A DNA stretch of 33,370 bases from a virus (taxonomy: Duplodnaviria > Caudoviricetes). A program made the translations under genes and the position numbers. The stretch's first letter is position 1. Each line of letters begins with the position of its first letter. The notes beneath the pieces were generated by a model, which did not search any database, had not been told where the DNA came from, and worked only from the letters and a program-made list of their open reading frames with translations. Below are positions 24,921-32,843 of the stretch, piece after piece. The stretch covers positions 1 to 33,370 of IMG/VR virus record IMGVR_UViG_3300044852_000058. One strand, given 5' to 3'.

Positions 24921-25508
24921 AAAGTCATCACCGTCTCACACCTCAAAGGGGGCAGTGCGAAGACCACGTCGGCGGCATACCTGGCTCACGCCCTGGCCGA
25001 CACCGGGCAGCGCGTCATGGTCATTGACGCCGACCCGCAGGGCTCCCTGCTTCGGTGGAGCCGCCGCGGCGCCTGGACAATCCCGGTCCGGCACATGCCC
25101 AGCGCGCACCTGGACCGTGACCTGGCCGGGCTGTACACCGATCCGTTCGACTGGGCTGTCATTGACACTGGCCCGTATGACCTCGGCATAGTGGAAGCGG
25201 CCATGCGCGCGGCCGACGTTATCCTTTTGCCAACGTCCCCGGGCGTCATGGAGATAGGCCAGGTGAAGGCGACCTGCGCCCTGGCCGAACGGTCCGGCGG
25301 CGCTGACCGGGTGCGGATCCTGCTGAACCGCCCCAAGGCCTCCACCCGCATGAAAGACGCCCGCGAAGCCATGGCCGCCACCGGCCGCACCGTCCTGCAG
25401 TCCGAGATCCCGCTGCGCGTCGCCGTGGAGGACTCGGCCGCCGGCACCCCGGACCGTGCCCACGGGTTCCACGGGTACACCGGCGTGGCCCTGGAGATCC
25501 TGGCATGA
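24918..25508 (+). CDS. parA: ParA partition ATPase (type Ib)
   Basis: 196 aa; deviant Walker A KGGSAKTT, IDADPQGS, VIDTGP; no N-terminal HTH. Confidence 0.95.
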   Translation: MKVITVSHLKGGSAKTTSAAYLAHALADTGQRVMVIDADPQGSLLRWSRRGAWTIPVRHMPSAHLDRDLAGLYTDPFDWAVIDTGPYDLGIVEAAMRAADVILLPTSPGVMEIGQVKATCALAERSGGADRVRILLNRPKASTRMKDAREAMAATGRTVLQSEIPLRVAVEDSAAGTPDRAHGFHGYTGVALEILA

Positions 25509-25801
25509 GCGCCAAGCCGAACCGCCTAGCCGGGCTCGAGGCCGAACCGCTGACCTTCGACCTGCCGCAACCGGCCGCACCCGAGGTCCGCACCAGGCCC
25601 GTGAAGGTGTCCGTGGCCCTGCACCCGCGGCCCTACTACGCCCTGGTGGACTACTGCGCCGACGCCGCGAAGCTCACCGGCGCCCGGGTCACCCATGTGG
25701 ACGTCATGCGCGTCCTGGTCAGCGAGCTGCTGGCCGATGCGGAACTGCGCAACAGGGTAACCGCGCAACTGCGCACCGCAACTGAGCAAGTGCGCAAATG
25801 A
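25505..25801 (+). CDS. Small centromere-binding partner (ParG/RHH-like ParB)
   Basis: 98 aa; ATGA coupling to parA; flexible N-terminus, then beta strand VKVSVAL and two helices. Confidence 0.75.
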   Translation: MSAKPNRLAGLEAEPLTFDLPQPAAPEVRTRPVKVSVALHPRPYYALVDYCADAAKLTGARVTHVDVMRVLVSELLADAELRNRVTAQLRTATEQVRK

Positions 25802-25807
25802 GCATGC
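25762..25807. promoter_or_regulatory. parS-R centromere-like 8-bp repeats
   Basis: GCGCAACT GCGCAC.. ..GCAACT GAGCAAGT GCGCAAAT GAGCATGC overlapping the end of the partner gene. Confidence 0.7.
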
Positions 25808-25815
25808 CGACACGC

Positions 25816-25831
25816 TCGAACAGGTGTTCGA
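25816..25831. promoter_or_regulatory. LexA (SOS) box, actinobacterial consensus
   Basis: TCGAAC-AGGT-GTTCGA, a perfect match to TCGAAC-N4-GTTCGA, intergenic. Confidence 0.8.
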
Positions 25832-25884
25832 CAGCACACTGATTAATGGGCGTGTTGTCTCATTTAATCCGGCACCATGGATGC

Positions 25885-26025
25885 GTGATTACAGGACGCG
25901 AGCTGGAGACGGGCAGGACATGGGGTGGATTCACCAGGGAGGACCTGGAGCGGTGGGGCGTGCCGTGGCCGCCGCCGCCGGGCTGGATCCGCGAGCTGTG
26001 GGAGAGGACCGGGCGGGCGGCGTGA
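25885..26025 (+). CDS. Small Trp/Pro-rich protein (46 aa; alternative ATG at 25846 gives 59 aa), absent from the ORF track
   Basis: MITGRELETGRTWGGFTREDLERWGVPWPPPPGWIRELWERTGRAA; CACCAT 6 nt before GTG suggests a leaderless start. Confidence 0.6.
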   Translation: MITGRELETGRTWGGFTREDLERWGVPWPPPPGWIRELWERTGRAA

Positions 26026-26148
26026 GTCTCACAAGGTACACCCAATGAGACGAATAAACGTCAATTGACGAATAACCTAGATTCCGGGGGCGTGAAGTGT
26101 CTCACAAGTCGGTCTCACCATGGAGTCTCACGAAGGTGCCGGTGAGAC
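26022..26148. repeat. GTCTCA/TGAGAC binding-site array
   Basis: Copies at 26026, 26046(rev), 26099, 26112, 26125, 26143(rev); palindrome CGTCAATTGACG at 26059-26070. Confidence 0.7.
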
Positions 26149-26199
26149 AACGCTAACCGTTATGGGTGTGTCGGGTAGTGTCAACATTCCGGGCACGCC

Positions 26200-26243
26200 A
26201 AAAAGGCCCCGGCCGTCCCTCGAAGTGAGAGACGGCCGGGGCC
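26200..26243 (-). terminator. Intrinsic terminator ending the late operon
   Basis: 13-bp stem GGCCCCGGCCGTC/GACGGCCGGGGCC followed by TTTTT on the minus strand. Confidence 0.85.
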
Positions 26244-26253
26244 GTGATGTTGC

Positions 26254-27252
26254 TTAGGGCTTCGCCCAGATCTGCCGGGAACCCAGGTAGAGTGCCTGCA
26301 CCTGGGTGGAACCGAAGTACATGTTCTTCCAGGTCTGCGGCGCATAAGGCGGGTCGTAGCACGTCCAGACGTGGCCGGAGCTACCGGCACCGAGCCCTGC
26401 GGCCATACGGCTGCCGTCGGCGTTGATGCCGATGTGGCCGGTCAGGTAGTAGCTCGCGATAATGTCGCGACGCGCGATAGTCGTGCCGCCGTCCGTGCTG
26501 CGGATGATGCCGGTGCCGTTGCCGGACGCGGCCAGCGTCTTTCCGTCCGCACTCATACCCACAGACTGCCAGGCCCCGGAGCCTATCTGCCTCCAGCTGC
26601 TTCCGCTGTTGGTGGAAAGATAGACGCCCGTGTTGGAGTCGCCCAGGGACATGATGGCTTTGGTGCCGTCCGCGCTGCAGGCGATGTCCGTGAATTGCCT
26701 GAACTGCTGCAGGTTGAGGCCGCTGTTGCGGCCCGTCCAGGTCGCCCCGCCGTCGGCCGAAGTGTACATGGACATGTCTGAGCTTACGATGGCGTGCAGC
26801 CGCAGCCCGTCAGCGCTTCCGGCGATACCCGACCAACTGTTCGAACTGCCCCGCTGGGTCCAGGTCGCGCCGCCGTCCGTGCTCGTGTAGACATAACCCG
26901 GGCCGGTAGCGGTAGCAGCCAGGCGCTGCCCGTCGCTGCTGGTCGTGATGCCTGACCAGTAGCGGGACCCCGCCGCGGTGCGCTCGGTCCAGGTCGCGCC
27001 TGCGTCGGCGCTGGTGTAGATGTAGCCGCCGCTGACCGTGGCCGCGAGGCGCTGCCCGTCCGCGCTGCTTGCAATGTCGGTCCAGGCCCTCGCACCGGAA
27101 GCGGTGCGCCCCTGCCAGGTCACGCCGGCGTCCGCGCTGGTGGAGATGTTCTGGCCGTTGATGATGCCGGCCAGCAGGAACCCGTCCGCGCTCGTTGCTA
27201 CAGCCGACCAGGACCCGGAGGGGGATGCGGTTTGTTCGATCCATGCGCCCAT
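26254..27252 (-). CDS. Asp-box (BNR) beta-propeller protein, putative receptor-binding tail component
   Basis: 332 aa; ~42-aa repeats with SADG and YTSADxGxTW Asp-boxes; C-terminal MYFGSTQVQALYLGSRQIW tail motif. Confidence 0.78.
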   Translation of the reverse strand: MGAWIEQTASPSGSWSAVATSADGFLLAGIINGQNISTSADAGVTWQGRTASGARAWTDIASSADGQRLAATVSGGYIYTSADAGATWTERTAAGSRYWSGITTSSDGQRLAATATGPGYVYTSTDGGATWTQRGSSNSWSGIAGSADGLRLHAIVSSDMSMYTSADGGATWTGRNSGLNLQQFRQFTDIACSADGTKAIMSLGDSNTGVYLSTNSGSSWRQIGSGAWQSVGMSADGKTLAASGNGTGIIRSTDGGTTIARRDIIASYYLTGHIGINADGSRMAAGLGAGSSGHVWTCYDPPYAPQTWKNMYFGSTQVQALYLGSRQIWAKP

Positions 27253-27255
27253 TGC

Positions 27256-28269
27256 TTACCCCGTCACGATGTAGAGCACACCGGCGGTCGGTGTGGCAGG
27301 CATTGCGGTAACAACCTGGACACCGGCGGCGCCGGTCACGCCGGTAGCACCCGTAGCGCCCGGCAGCCCCTGGTCACCCTTGTCACCCTTCGGTCCCTTG
27401 AGCCAGGCCTGGTAGTCGGCCATGGTCCCGGCGTTGCCCAGGCTGAGCCAGCCCTGGTAGGAACTCTGACCGGGCTTGCCTTCGGGCCCCTCGTTTCCGG
27501 GCAACCCCTGCGGGCCGTCGTTTCCCTGGATGCCTTGGGGTCCGCGGGGACCCTCGGGGCCCATAGGCCCCTCGGCGCCCTCGAGCTGGTCAAGCCATTC
27601 CTGGAGGGTTCCGGTGTTGCCGGCGTCGAGCCACAACTGGTAAGCGCTCTCACCGTTGACGGCCGGCCCCGGAATGCCCTGGCGTCCCTCGGGGCCCTCG
27701 GGCCCTTCCGGTCCAGGGATGCCCTGGATGCCAATACCGGCGGGGCCGACGTCGCCGCGGTCTCCCTTGTCGCCCTTTTCGCCTTTCTCGCCGCGGGGGC
27801 CCTGTGCCATGTAGACGCCCGTGCCGGACGGAACCGGGGTGGCCGTGGTCAGGTCAACAGTGGCGCCGGCGGGTACGTCAATGTTGAACTGCGGGTAGTT
27901 GACCGGCTTGCCGTCGGCCTGGAGTTTGAAGCTGACCACGTACGTCCATTTGGACGGGTTCATGTTCGGGTCCGTGGTGGACAGAAGGGACACGCCGCGC
28001 CGGCTAGGGACGTCGGTGTGGGTGCCGGGCACCGGGTAGACCAGGTACCCGTCCGTATCCAGGCCGCACACGATGGGCGTGGGCAGCGCGGTGAACGGGG
28101 ACGGGGCGCCGTTGCTCACCAGGATGGACGTGATGTCCGGGGTGAACGTGACGGTGCCGGTGACCGCGGCGCCGTCCGGGGTGGCGTCGGCGTCAGGGCC
28201 GTCACCGACAACGGCCAGCAGCCGGCCGGTAACGGTCCCGTAGAGGGCCGGGGAAAGATCGATGGGCAC
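27256..28269 (-). CDS. Minor tail / tail fibre protein with collagen-like repeats
   Basis: 337 aa; GTVTGR..GTVTFTP N-terminal domain, GXY repeats, GESAYQLWL motifs, C-terminal [14 protein letters not shown]. Confidence 0.85.
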   Translation of the reverse strand: MPIDLSPALYGTVTGRLLAVVGDGPDADATPDGAAVTGTVTFTPDITSILVSNGAPSPFTALPTPIVCGLDTDGYLVYPVPGTHTDVPSRRGVSLLSTTDPNMNPSKWTYVVSFKLQADGKPVNYPQFNIDVPAGATVDLTTATPVPSGTGVYMAQGPRGEKGEKGDKGDRGDVGPAGIGIQGIPGPEGPEGPEGRQGIPGPAVNGESAYQLWLDAGNTGTLQEWLDQLEGAEGPMGPEGPRGPQGIQGNDGPQGLPGNEGPEGKPGQSSYQGWLSLGNAGTMADYQAWLKGPKGDKGDQGLPGATGATGVTGAAGVQVVTAMPATPTAGVLYIVTG

Positions 28270-28272
28270 GGG

Positions 28273-28584
28273 TTAACCTGCGTTCTGCGAGGCCGCCACA
28301 GGGGCAGCAGGGGCGGTCGGGGTGGCAGCCAGCCAGGGGAGGAACGCGCGAATGAAGGCGTCGACCACGGGCAGGTTCATGACGCGGGAGATGCCCGCGG
28401 ATACCGCGATGACCTGGCCGGCCGCGCCGGTGGCCAGGGCCGGGTCGTGCATGGTGAATGCCGAGTAGGCCAGCGGGATGGCCGACAGGATGGCCATGGT
28501 GATTTGGAAGCCGGTGCGGGCCGCGGCGCGGTACGGGTGCGCGACCTGGGTGGAAGTGGCGGGGGTGGCAATGTGGTCGCCCAT
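28273..28584 (-). CDS. Holin
   Basis: ATG at 28584 after AAGGAG; TQVAHPYRAAARTGFQ and ISRVMNLPVV...LPWL with two hydrophobic segments; follows lysins. Confidence 0.8.
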   Translation of the reverse strand: MGDHIATPATSTQVAHPYRAAARTGFQITMAILSAIPLAYSAFTMHDPALATGAAGQVIAVSAGISRVMNLPVVDAFIRAFLPWLAATPTAPAAPVAASQNAG

Positions 28585-28592
28585 GATGCTCC

Positions 28593-29231
28593 TTAGGGGT
28601 TGAGGTGGTGCGGTCTGAGGTAGCCCAGGACGCCGTACTTGCTGAGCTCCAGGACGCCCGTGGGGTTCGGGTTCTGGCTGAGGGTGGTGAGGGTGGCGCC
28701 GTTGTCGGACAGGACAATGGCCACGTGCCCGTAGCCGCCGCCGAGGTAGGCGCCGAAAGACCCGGACCACACCACGACGTCGCCGCGCTTCGCCGGTTCC
28801 GTGGCCGGCACGCGGTCGTAGGCGGTCCAGGTGTTGGTCAGCCACAGGTCCTGGGCGCCGGGCGCGCTGTACGCGTCACCGAGCACGGCCTCGGCGTTGT
28901 AGTGGCTGAACACGGCGACGCATTCGGCTGTTGTGTAGCCGGGCAGGATGACCGCCCGGCCGGTGTACCGGCTGATGAAGTCGGCCAGCCCCATGCCGGT
29001 GAACCGGGGCGGGGCCGGGGTGGTGGCCACCCGTGGACGTTCGAAGGTCAGGACGGCTGAGGCCGGCGCGGTGATGGGCTCGGGTGCGCAGCTGCTCATG
29101 TGCGCAAGTGCGCATTGTCCGGCGTCCGGTGCCGCCCCGGATCCCGTAGCGGGGACCAGGGCGGCAGCCAGGACGGTCAGGACCGTGAGCCACGGGGCGC
29201 GGCGCGGGCTGGGTGCCGTGTGCTTGCCCAT
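28593..29231 (-). CDS. CHAP-domain peptidoglycan peptidase with N-terminal signal-like sequence
   Basis: 212 aa; ECVA (Cys), GYGHVAIV (His), SQNP, VLGYLRP; basic then hydrophobic N-terminus. Confidence 0.85.
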   Translation of the reverse strand: MGKHTAPSPRRAPWLTVLTVLAAALVPATGSGAAPDAGQCALAHMSSCAPEPITAPASAVLTFERPRVATTPAPPRFTGMGLADFISRYTGRAVILPGYTTAECVAVFSHYNAEAVLGDAYSAPGAQDLWLTNTWTAYDRVPATEPAKRGDVVVWSGSFGAYLGGGYGHVAIVLSDNGATLTTLSQNPNPTGVLELSKYGVLGYLRPHHLNP

Positions 29232-29238
29232 GGGGCTC

Positions 29239-30282
29239 CTAACGAAGCCGGAGCACCTGGCCCGGGTAGATGAGGTCAGGGTCGGCCAGGTTGTTCAGGG
29301 AGATGATGGCCGAGGCGCTGACACCGAACTGGCGAGCGATGGCGCTCACCGAGTCGCCGGCCTCCACCACACACTGGGCGGGGCCGGAGTGGACCGACGG
29401 GGACGGGGCAGCCTTGCCGGGCAGGACCAGGACCTGGCCGGGGTAGATGCGGTCAGGGTCGCTGATCTCGTTGACCGCGATGAGTGCACCCAGGTCAACA
29501 CCGAACTGCCGGGCGATGCCGCCGAGGGTGTCGCCGGCCTCCACGATGCACTTGGCCACGGCCGCCGGGGCGGGCCGCGGAGCCGGTGCAGGGGGCTGTA
29601 CGGGATTCGGCGCGGCCTTCGGTGCCGGTGCCTTCACCGGTGCGCCGGAGGGGCTGCAGTAGGCGTCCCAGGCTGCCCCGTCGCCGTAGAAGACGTTAGC
29701 GTCCAGGCTTGCCCCGTAGCCGTCCAGACGGGCGGTTGAAGTGAACTGCCACATGGCGCACGGGAAGGGCGGGGTGACCTCGTCGATCGGGGTGCCGGTG
29801 TAGTCGTTGTACCCCTGCGTGGCGGTGCTCACCGCGTACCAGGCCAGCCAGAGGCCGTAGTCGCCGGCCCACACCTGAGCCCAGTCGGCGCCTTTGAGGG
29901 CCGCGCCGTTCAGGTAGATGAGGGGTTTGACGCCGGTGCGGGCGTGCACGGTATCCAGCCAGGTTTTCGCCCAGCCGGTGTCCAGCTGGTTGTCACCTTC
30001 GAAGTCCAGGACAAGCAGGGTGCGCCCGTCCAAGTACCCCTGGATGGAGTCCACAAAGTGGTTGGCCTCGTCCACGGCGGAGCCGGCGCAGCCGACCTCG
30101 TGCGCGAAGTGGTAGACGCCGGTGCGGCGGCCGGCCCTGCGTGCGCCCTGGAACTGCGTGTCGCATTCGGGGTTCACGAAGCTGGTGCCGCCGGTGGCCT
30201 TGATAATGACGAAGTCGGACGGGACGGCGGCCAGGTCAATGCCGGCCTGCCAGCCGCTTACGTCGATGCCGTGGAGAGTCAT
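29239..30282 (-). CDS. Endolysin, GH25 muramidase + 2x LysM
   Basis: 347 aa; GIDVSGWQ, IKATGG, GVYHFA, LDFE, WQFTS; two LysM repeats (VEAGDTL..IA...IYPGQVL). Confidence 0.95.
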   Translation of the reverse strand: MTLHGIDVSGWQAGIDLAAVPSDFVIIKATGGTSFVNPECDTQFQGARRAGRRTGVYHFAHEVGCAGSAVDEANHFVDSIQGYLDGRTLLVLDFEGDNQLDTGWAKTWLDTVHARTGVKPLIYLNGAALKGADWAQVWAGDYGLWLAWYAVSTATQGYNDYTGTPIDEVTPPFPCAMWQFTSTARLDGYGASLDANVFYGDGAAWDAYCSPSGAPVKAPAPKAAPNPVQPPAPAPRPAPAAVAKCIVEAGDTLGGIARQFGVDLGALIAVNEISDPDRIYPGQVLVLPGKAAPSPSVHSGPAQCVVEAGDSVSAIARQFGVSASAIISLNNLADPDLIYPGQVLRLR

Positions 30283-30292
30283 GGGGGTCCTT

Positions 30293-30328
30293 AAATGAAG
30301 AAGGGCGGCGCCGGTGTGGCGCCGCCCT
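30293..30328 (-). terminator. Intrinsic terminator immediately upstream of endolysin
   Basis: AGGGCGGCGCC-N5-GGCGCCGCCCT followed by TCTTCATTT. Confidence 0.7.
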
Positions 30329-30343
30329 CGTCGGGTGGTTCGG

Positions 30344-30712
30344 TTAGACGGTGATGCCGTCCGGTGCGTCGTGCGGGATACGGTCAGTGAGGCCCTCGGC
30401 GCGCATGATGGCCATGAGGCGGAACACGAACGCGATAAGGGCGGCGTTCTGCCGGGTCAGGGTCTTGTTGACGCCCCGGACCTCGTCCAGCTCTTTCTCC
30501 ATGTCGTCCATGCGGGCCCGCAGAGAAGCAAGGTCACCCTTGAGCTGCTCGAGCAGTCCGTCATATTCGGCGATGAGGTCCCGGCGCTGCACCAGGGAGT
30601 TACTGTCGGAGGCGGCCTTGCGGTCCTGCCGGGCTTTGAGCCAGGCGGTGAACCAGGACCCGGCGCCGACGCTGCCGAGTACGGTGCCGGCTTGAATGAT
30701 CCAGTCGGGCAT
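30344..30712 (-). CDS. Membrane-anchored coiled-coil protein (lysis-cassette associated)
   Basis: 122 aa; N-terminal hydrophobic segment then heptad coiled coil; AAAGGA RBS. Confidence 0.7.
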   Translation of the reverse strand: MPDWIIQAGTVLGSVGAGSWFTAWLKARQDRKAASDSNSLVQRRDLIAEYDGLLEQLKGDLASLRARMDDMEKELDEVRGVNKTLTRQNAALIAFVFRLMAIMRAEGLTDRIPHDAPDGITV

Positions 30713-30746
30713 AATGTGGGGGTGTCCTTTTTCGGATAGACATGAC

Positions 30747-30780
30747 GAAGGCCCGGACCGCTCGAACGGTCCGGGCCTTC
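30747..30780. terminator. Perfect 14-bp hairpin terminator after the minor tail gene
   Basis: GAAGGCCCGGACCG-CTCGAA-CGGTCCGGGCCTTC. Confidence 0.75.
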
Positions 30781-30788
30781 CTTTGGGG

Positions 30789-32843
30789 TTATGCGGCCTT
30801 GGCTTCGAGCTTTGCCAGGCGTTCTTCCAGGGCGTCGATGCGGTCCCGCTGTGCCCTCACCACGGGGATAAGTTCGGTCCACAGGCGGTCGTACATGACG
30901 CCTTCGGTCTGGCCGTCCTCGCCGTAGATGACGAAGCCGTCAAGGCCGGCGGCTTTCACTTCCTCGGCGATGAGACCGGGGACGCGGCGGAGCCCGTCAG
31001 TGCTTCCGTCGTTGCGCTCCACTTGGCCGATGTCGAACCAGGTTTTAGGGGTGACTTCCAGGATCTTCCCGGACACCTCACCGGCCTGCTGGTCCAGCTT
31101 GTACCGGGCCGCGGAGGTGGACCGCTGCAGGTTGCCGTTGGAGTCCACGAACACGTTGGACGCGGCCGTGGTCGTCTGGTCATAGACGCCCTTGGCCTGG
31201 ATGAACCGGCCGGAGAATTTCACCGAGTCAGGCTCGATCGTGAACGGGTCGCCGTTGCCGTCCCAGCTCATGGCGCGGGTGCGGGTGTCGGTTCCGTTGA
31301 CCCGCGGGGTGAACCACAGACCGCCGGTCGGGTTGATGGTGACCGACCCGGCGACAACACCGAAGCGCGCCTGAATGTCGGTATTGAATTCGGTGTAGTC
31401 CTCAGCGTTGAACCGCAGGACGCCGTCGTGGTGGTCGATGGAGGCCCGGCTGCCAGTATCGTCGGGTGATACTTTCCAGGTGATAGCCCCGTTGCCGCCG
31501 TTGAAGGACATGGCCCCGTCGCCGCCGTTGAAGTCCAGCCGCGGGAATGCCGCATTCAGGTCATAGGCCCCGCCGCGGTGCGCGCCGACGTAGATGTTCT
31601 TGCCGTCCTTGTCACCGGTGAGCAGGTCACCCCAATACTGGCTTTCGGTGTCCCCGCTGCCGGGGGTGACGGTGGAGGGCATGGGGATGTAGCCGGCGAT
31701 GGAGGCCATGGACAGGCGCCCGTTGCCGCCGATGCGGCCGCCCAGGGCCTGGTTCCGTTTGGCGATGCGTGCGGCCAGGTCGTGCAGGACGTCGTCCAGG
31801 ATGACGTCCACGTCGATCTTGCCGTCAACGGCCTTGCGGACCTGGACCTGGGTGACGCGCATACGCTGCCAGCCGGTAGCCCGGCGGGCGCTCACCCAGT
31901 CGCCGGGGAGGTACTCCACCAGGGCCCTGGCGGCGGCTGTGGCGGCGTCCTCGGTCATGGTGTACTGGCTGCGGGTGTCGGCCCCAATGGCCCCGTAGAG
32001 GGACGCGAACTGGGCGGCCTGTGCCTGCGTGGTGACCCCGCCGGCGTCGATGCTGACCTCGAGACGGCCGAGGGCCGTGGTGGCCCCGGCGACCGGGAAA
32101 GTCCAGGACTTCCCGCCGTCACCGTGCACGGTCACGTCAGTGGCCAGGTCCTCGTTGGTGGTGTCCACCGGCAGGCCTTTGGCGCGGCCGCCGACGGTGG
32201 CCCGGTTGGTGCCGGCGCTGTAGTCGGACCCGGTGCCCGGGTTGTACAGGTCCAGGGTGCGGCCGGTGAGGGAGTATTCGACGCAGCCCTGGTCTGCCAG
32301 GGTCTGGACCAGGGAGGTCAGCGTGGTGCCGACCTTGATGTTCAGGGTGTCCAGGGTGGCGTCGGTGTTCCACGGGGCGCCGGCGGAGTCGGCGGTGTCC
32401 GTGAAGGACACGCCCAGGTAGGATCCCCAGCCGCGGGCCTTGGCGTCGTTGTATACGCCATTGACCACTTTACCGACCGCACCTTTGGCGACCAAATCTG
32501 TGGTACCGTCCGTCTTCACCACGGTGGCCTTGGACAGGACATAGCTGACGAAGGCCACCGCGGTGACCGTCCGGGTCAGGGTCTGGTCGATGTCGTTGCC
32601 GGACCGCTTGAGGGCGAAGAATCGCCCGTTGCGGGGCTCGGTCCAGGTGGACCCGTCCCAAACTTCGACGCCGAGTTCCAGCAGCGCCGGCAGGACGCCG
32701 GTGACCGCTTCGGAGTACGTGAAGGACAGGGCCGGAATAGCCGAGTACGGGGCCGTGTAATCGATCGTGAGGGTTGGCAGGATCGCGCCGGCAGCCCCGC
32801 CCGGGGTGTAGCGCCGCAGCCGGATGTCATAGGGCTTAGACAA
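30789..32843 (-). CDS. Minor tail protein (hub/spike) with C-terminal S74-type intramolecular chaperone
   Basis: 684 aa; follows distal tail gene; STSAARYK...PGLIAEEV...YDRL plus terminal coiled coil. Confidence 0.85.
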   Translation of the reverse strand: MSKPYDIRLRRYTPGGAAGAILPTLTIDYTAPYSAIPALSFTYSEAVTGVLPALLELGVEVWDGSTWTEPRNGRFFALKRSGNDIDQTLTRTVTAVAFVSYVLSKATVVKTDGTTDLVAKGAVGKVVNGVYNDAKARGWGSYLGVSFTDTADSAGAPWNTDATLDTLNIKVGTTLTSLVQTLADQGCVEYSLTGRTLDLYNPGTGSDYSAGTNRATVGGRAKGLPVDTTNEDLATDVTVHGDGGKSWTFPVAGATTALGRLEVSIDAGGVTTQAQAAQFASLYGAIGADTRSQYTMTEDAATAAARALVEYLPGDWVSARRATGWQRMRVTQVQVRKAVDGKIDVDVILDDVLHDLAARIAKRNQALGGRIGGNGRLSMASIAGYIPMPSTVTPGSGDTESQYWGDLLTGDKDGKNIYVGAHRGGAYDLNAAFPRLDFNGGDGAMSFNGGNGAITWKVSPDDTGSRASIDHHDGVLRFNAEDYTEFNTDIQARFGVVAGSVTINPTGGLWFTPRVNGTDTRTRAMSWDGNGDPFTIEPDSVKFSGRFIQAKGVYDQTTTAASNVFVDSNGNLQRSTSAARYKLDQQAGEVSGKILEVTPKTWFDIGQVERNDGSTDGLRRVPGLIAEEVKAAGLDGFVIYGEDGQTEGVMYDRLWTELIPVVRAQRDRIDALEERLAKLEAKAA

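Noticed and set aside
25824-26048. 74-aa ORF from the ORF track
   Set aside because: It starts inside the LexA box with no RBS; the overlapping frame 25885-26025 gives a more protein-like, motif-bearing product.
26153-26186. XerCD dif-like site
   Set aside because: Only a partial XerD-like arm (TAGTGTCAAC) is present, with no matching XerC arm at a 6-bp spacing.
26254-27252. Diversity-generating retroelement target
   Set aside because: No reverse transcriptase and no template/variable repeat pair seen; the internal repeats are propeller blades.
30761-30770. Second LexA box (CTCGAACGGT)
   Set aside because: Only a half site, forming the loop of a terminator hairpin.
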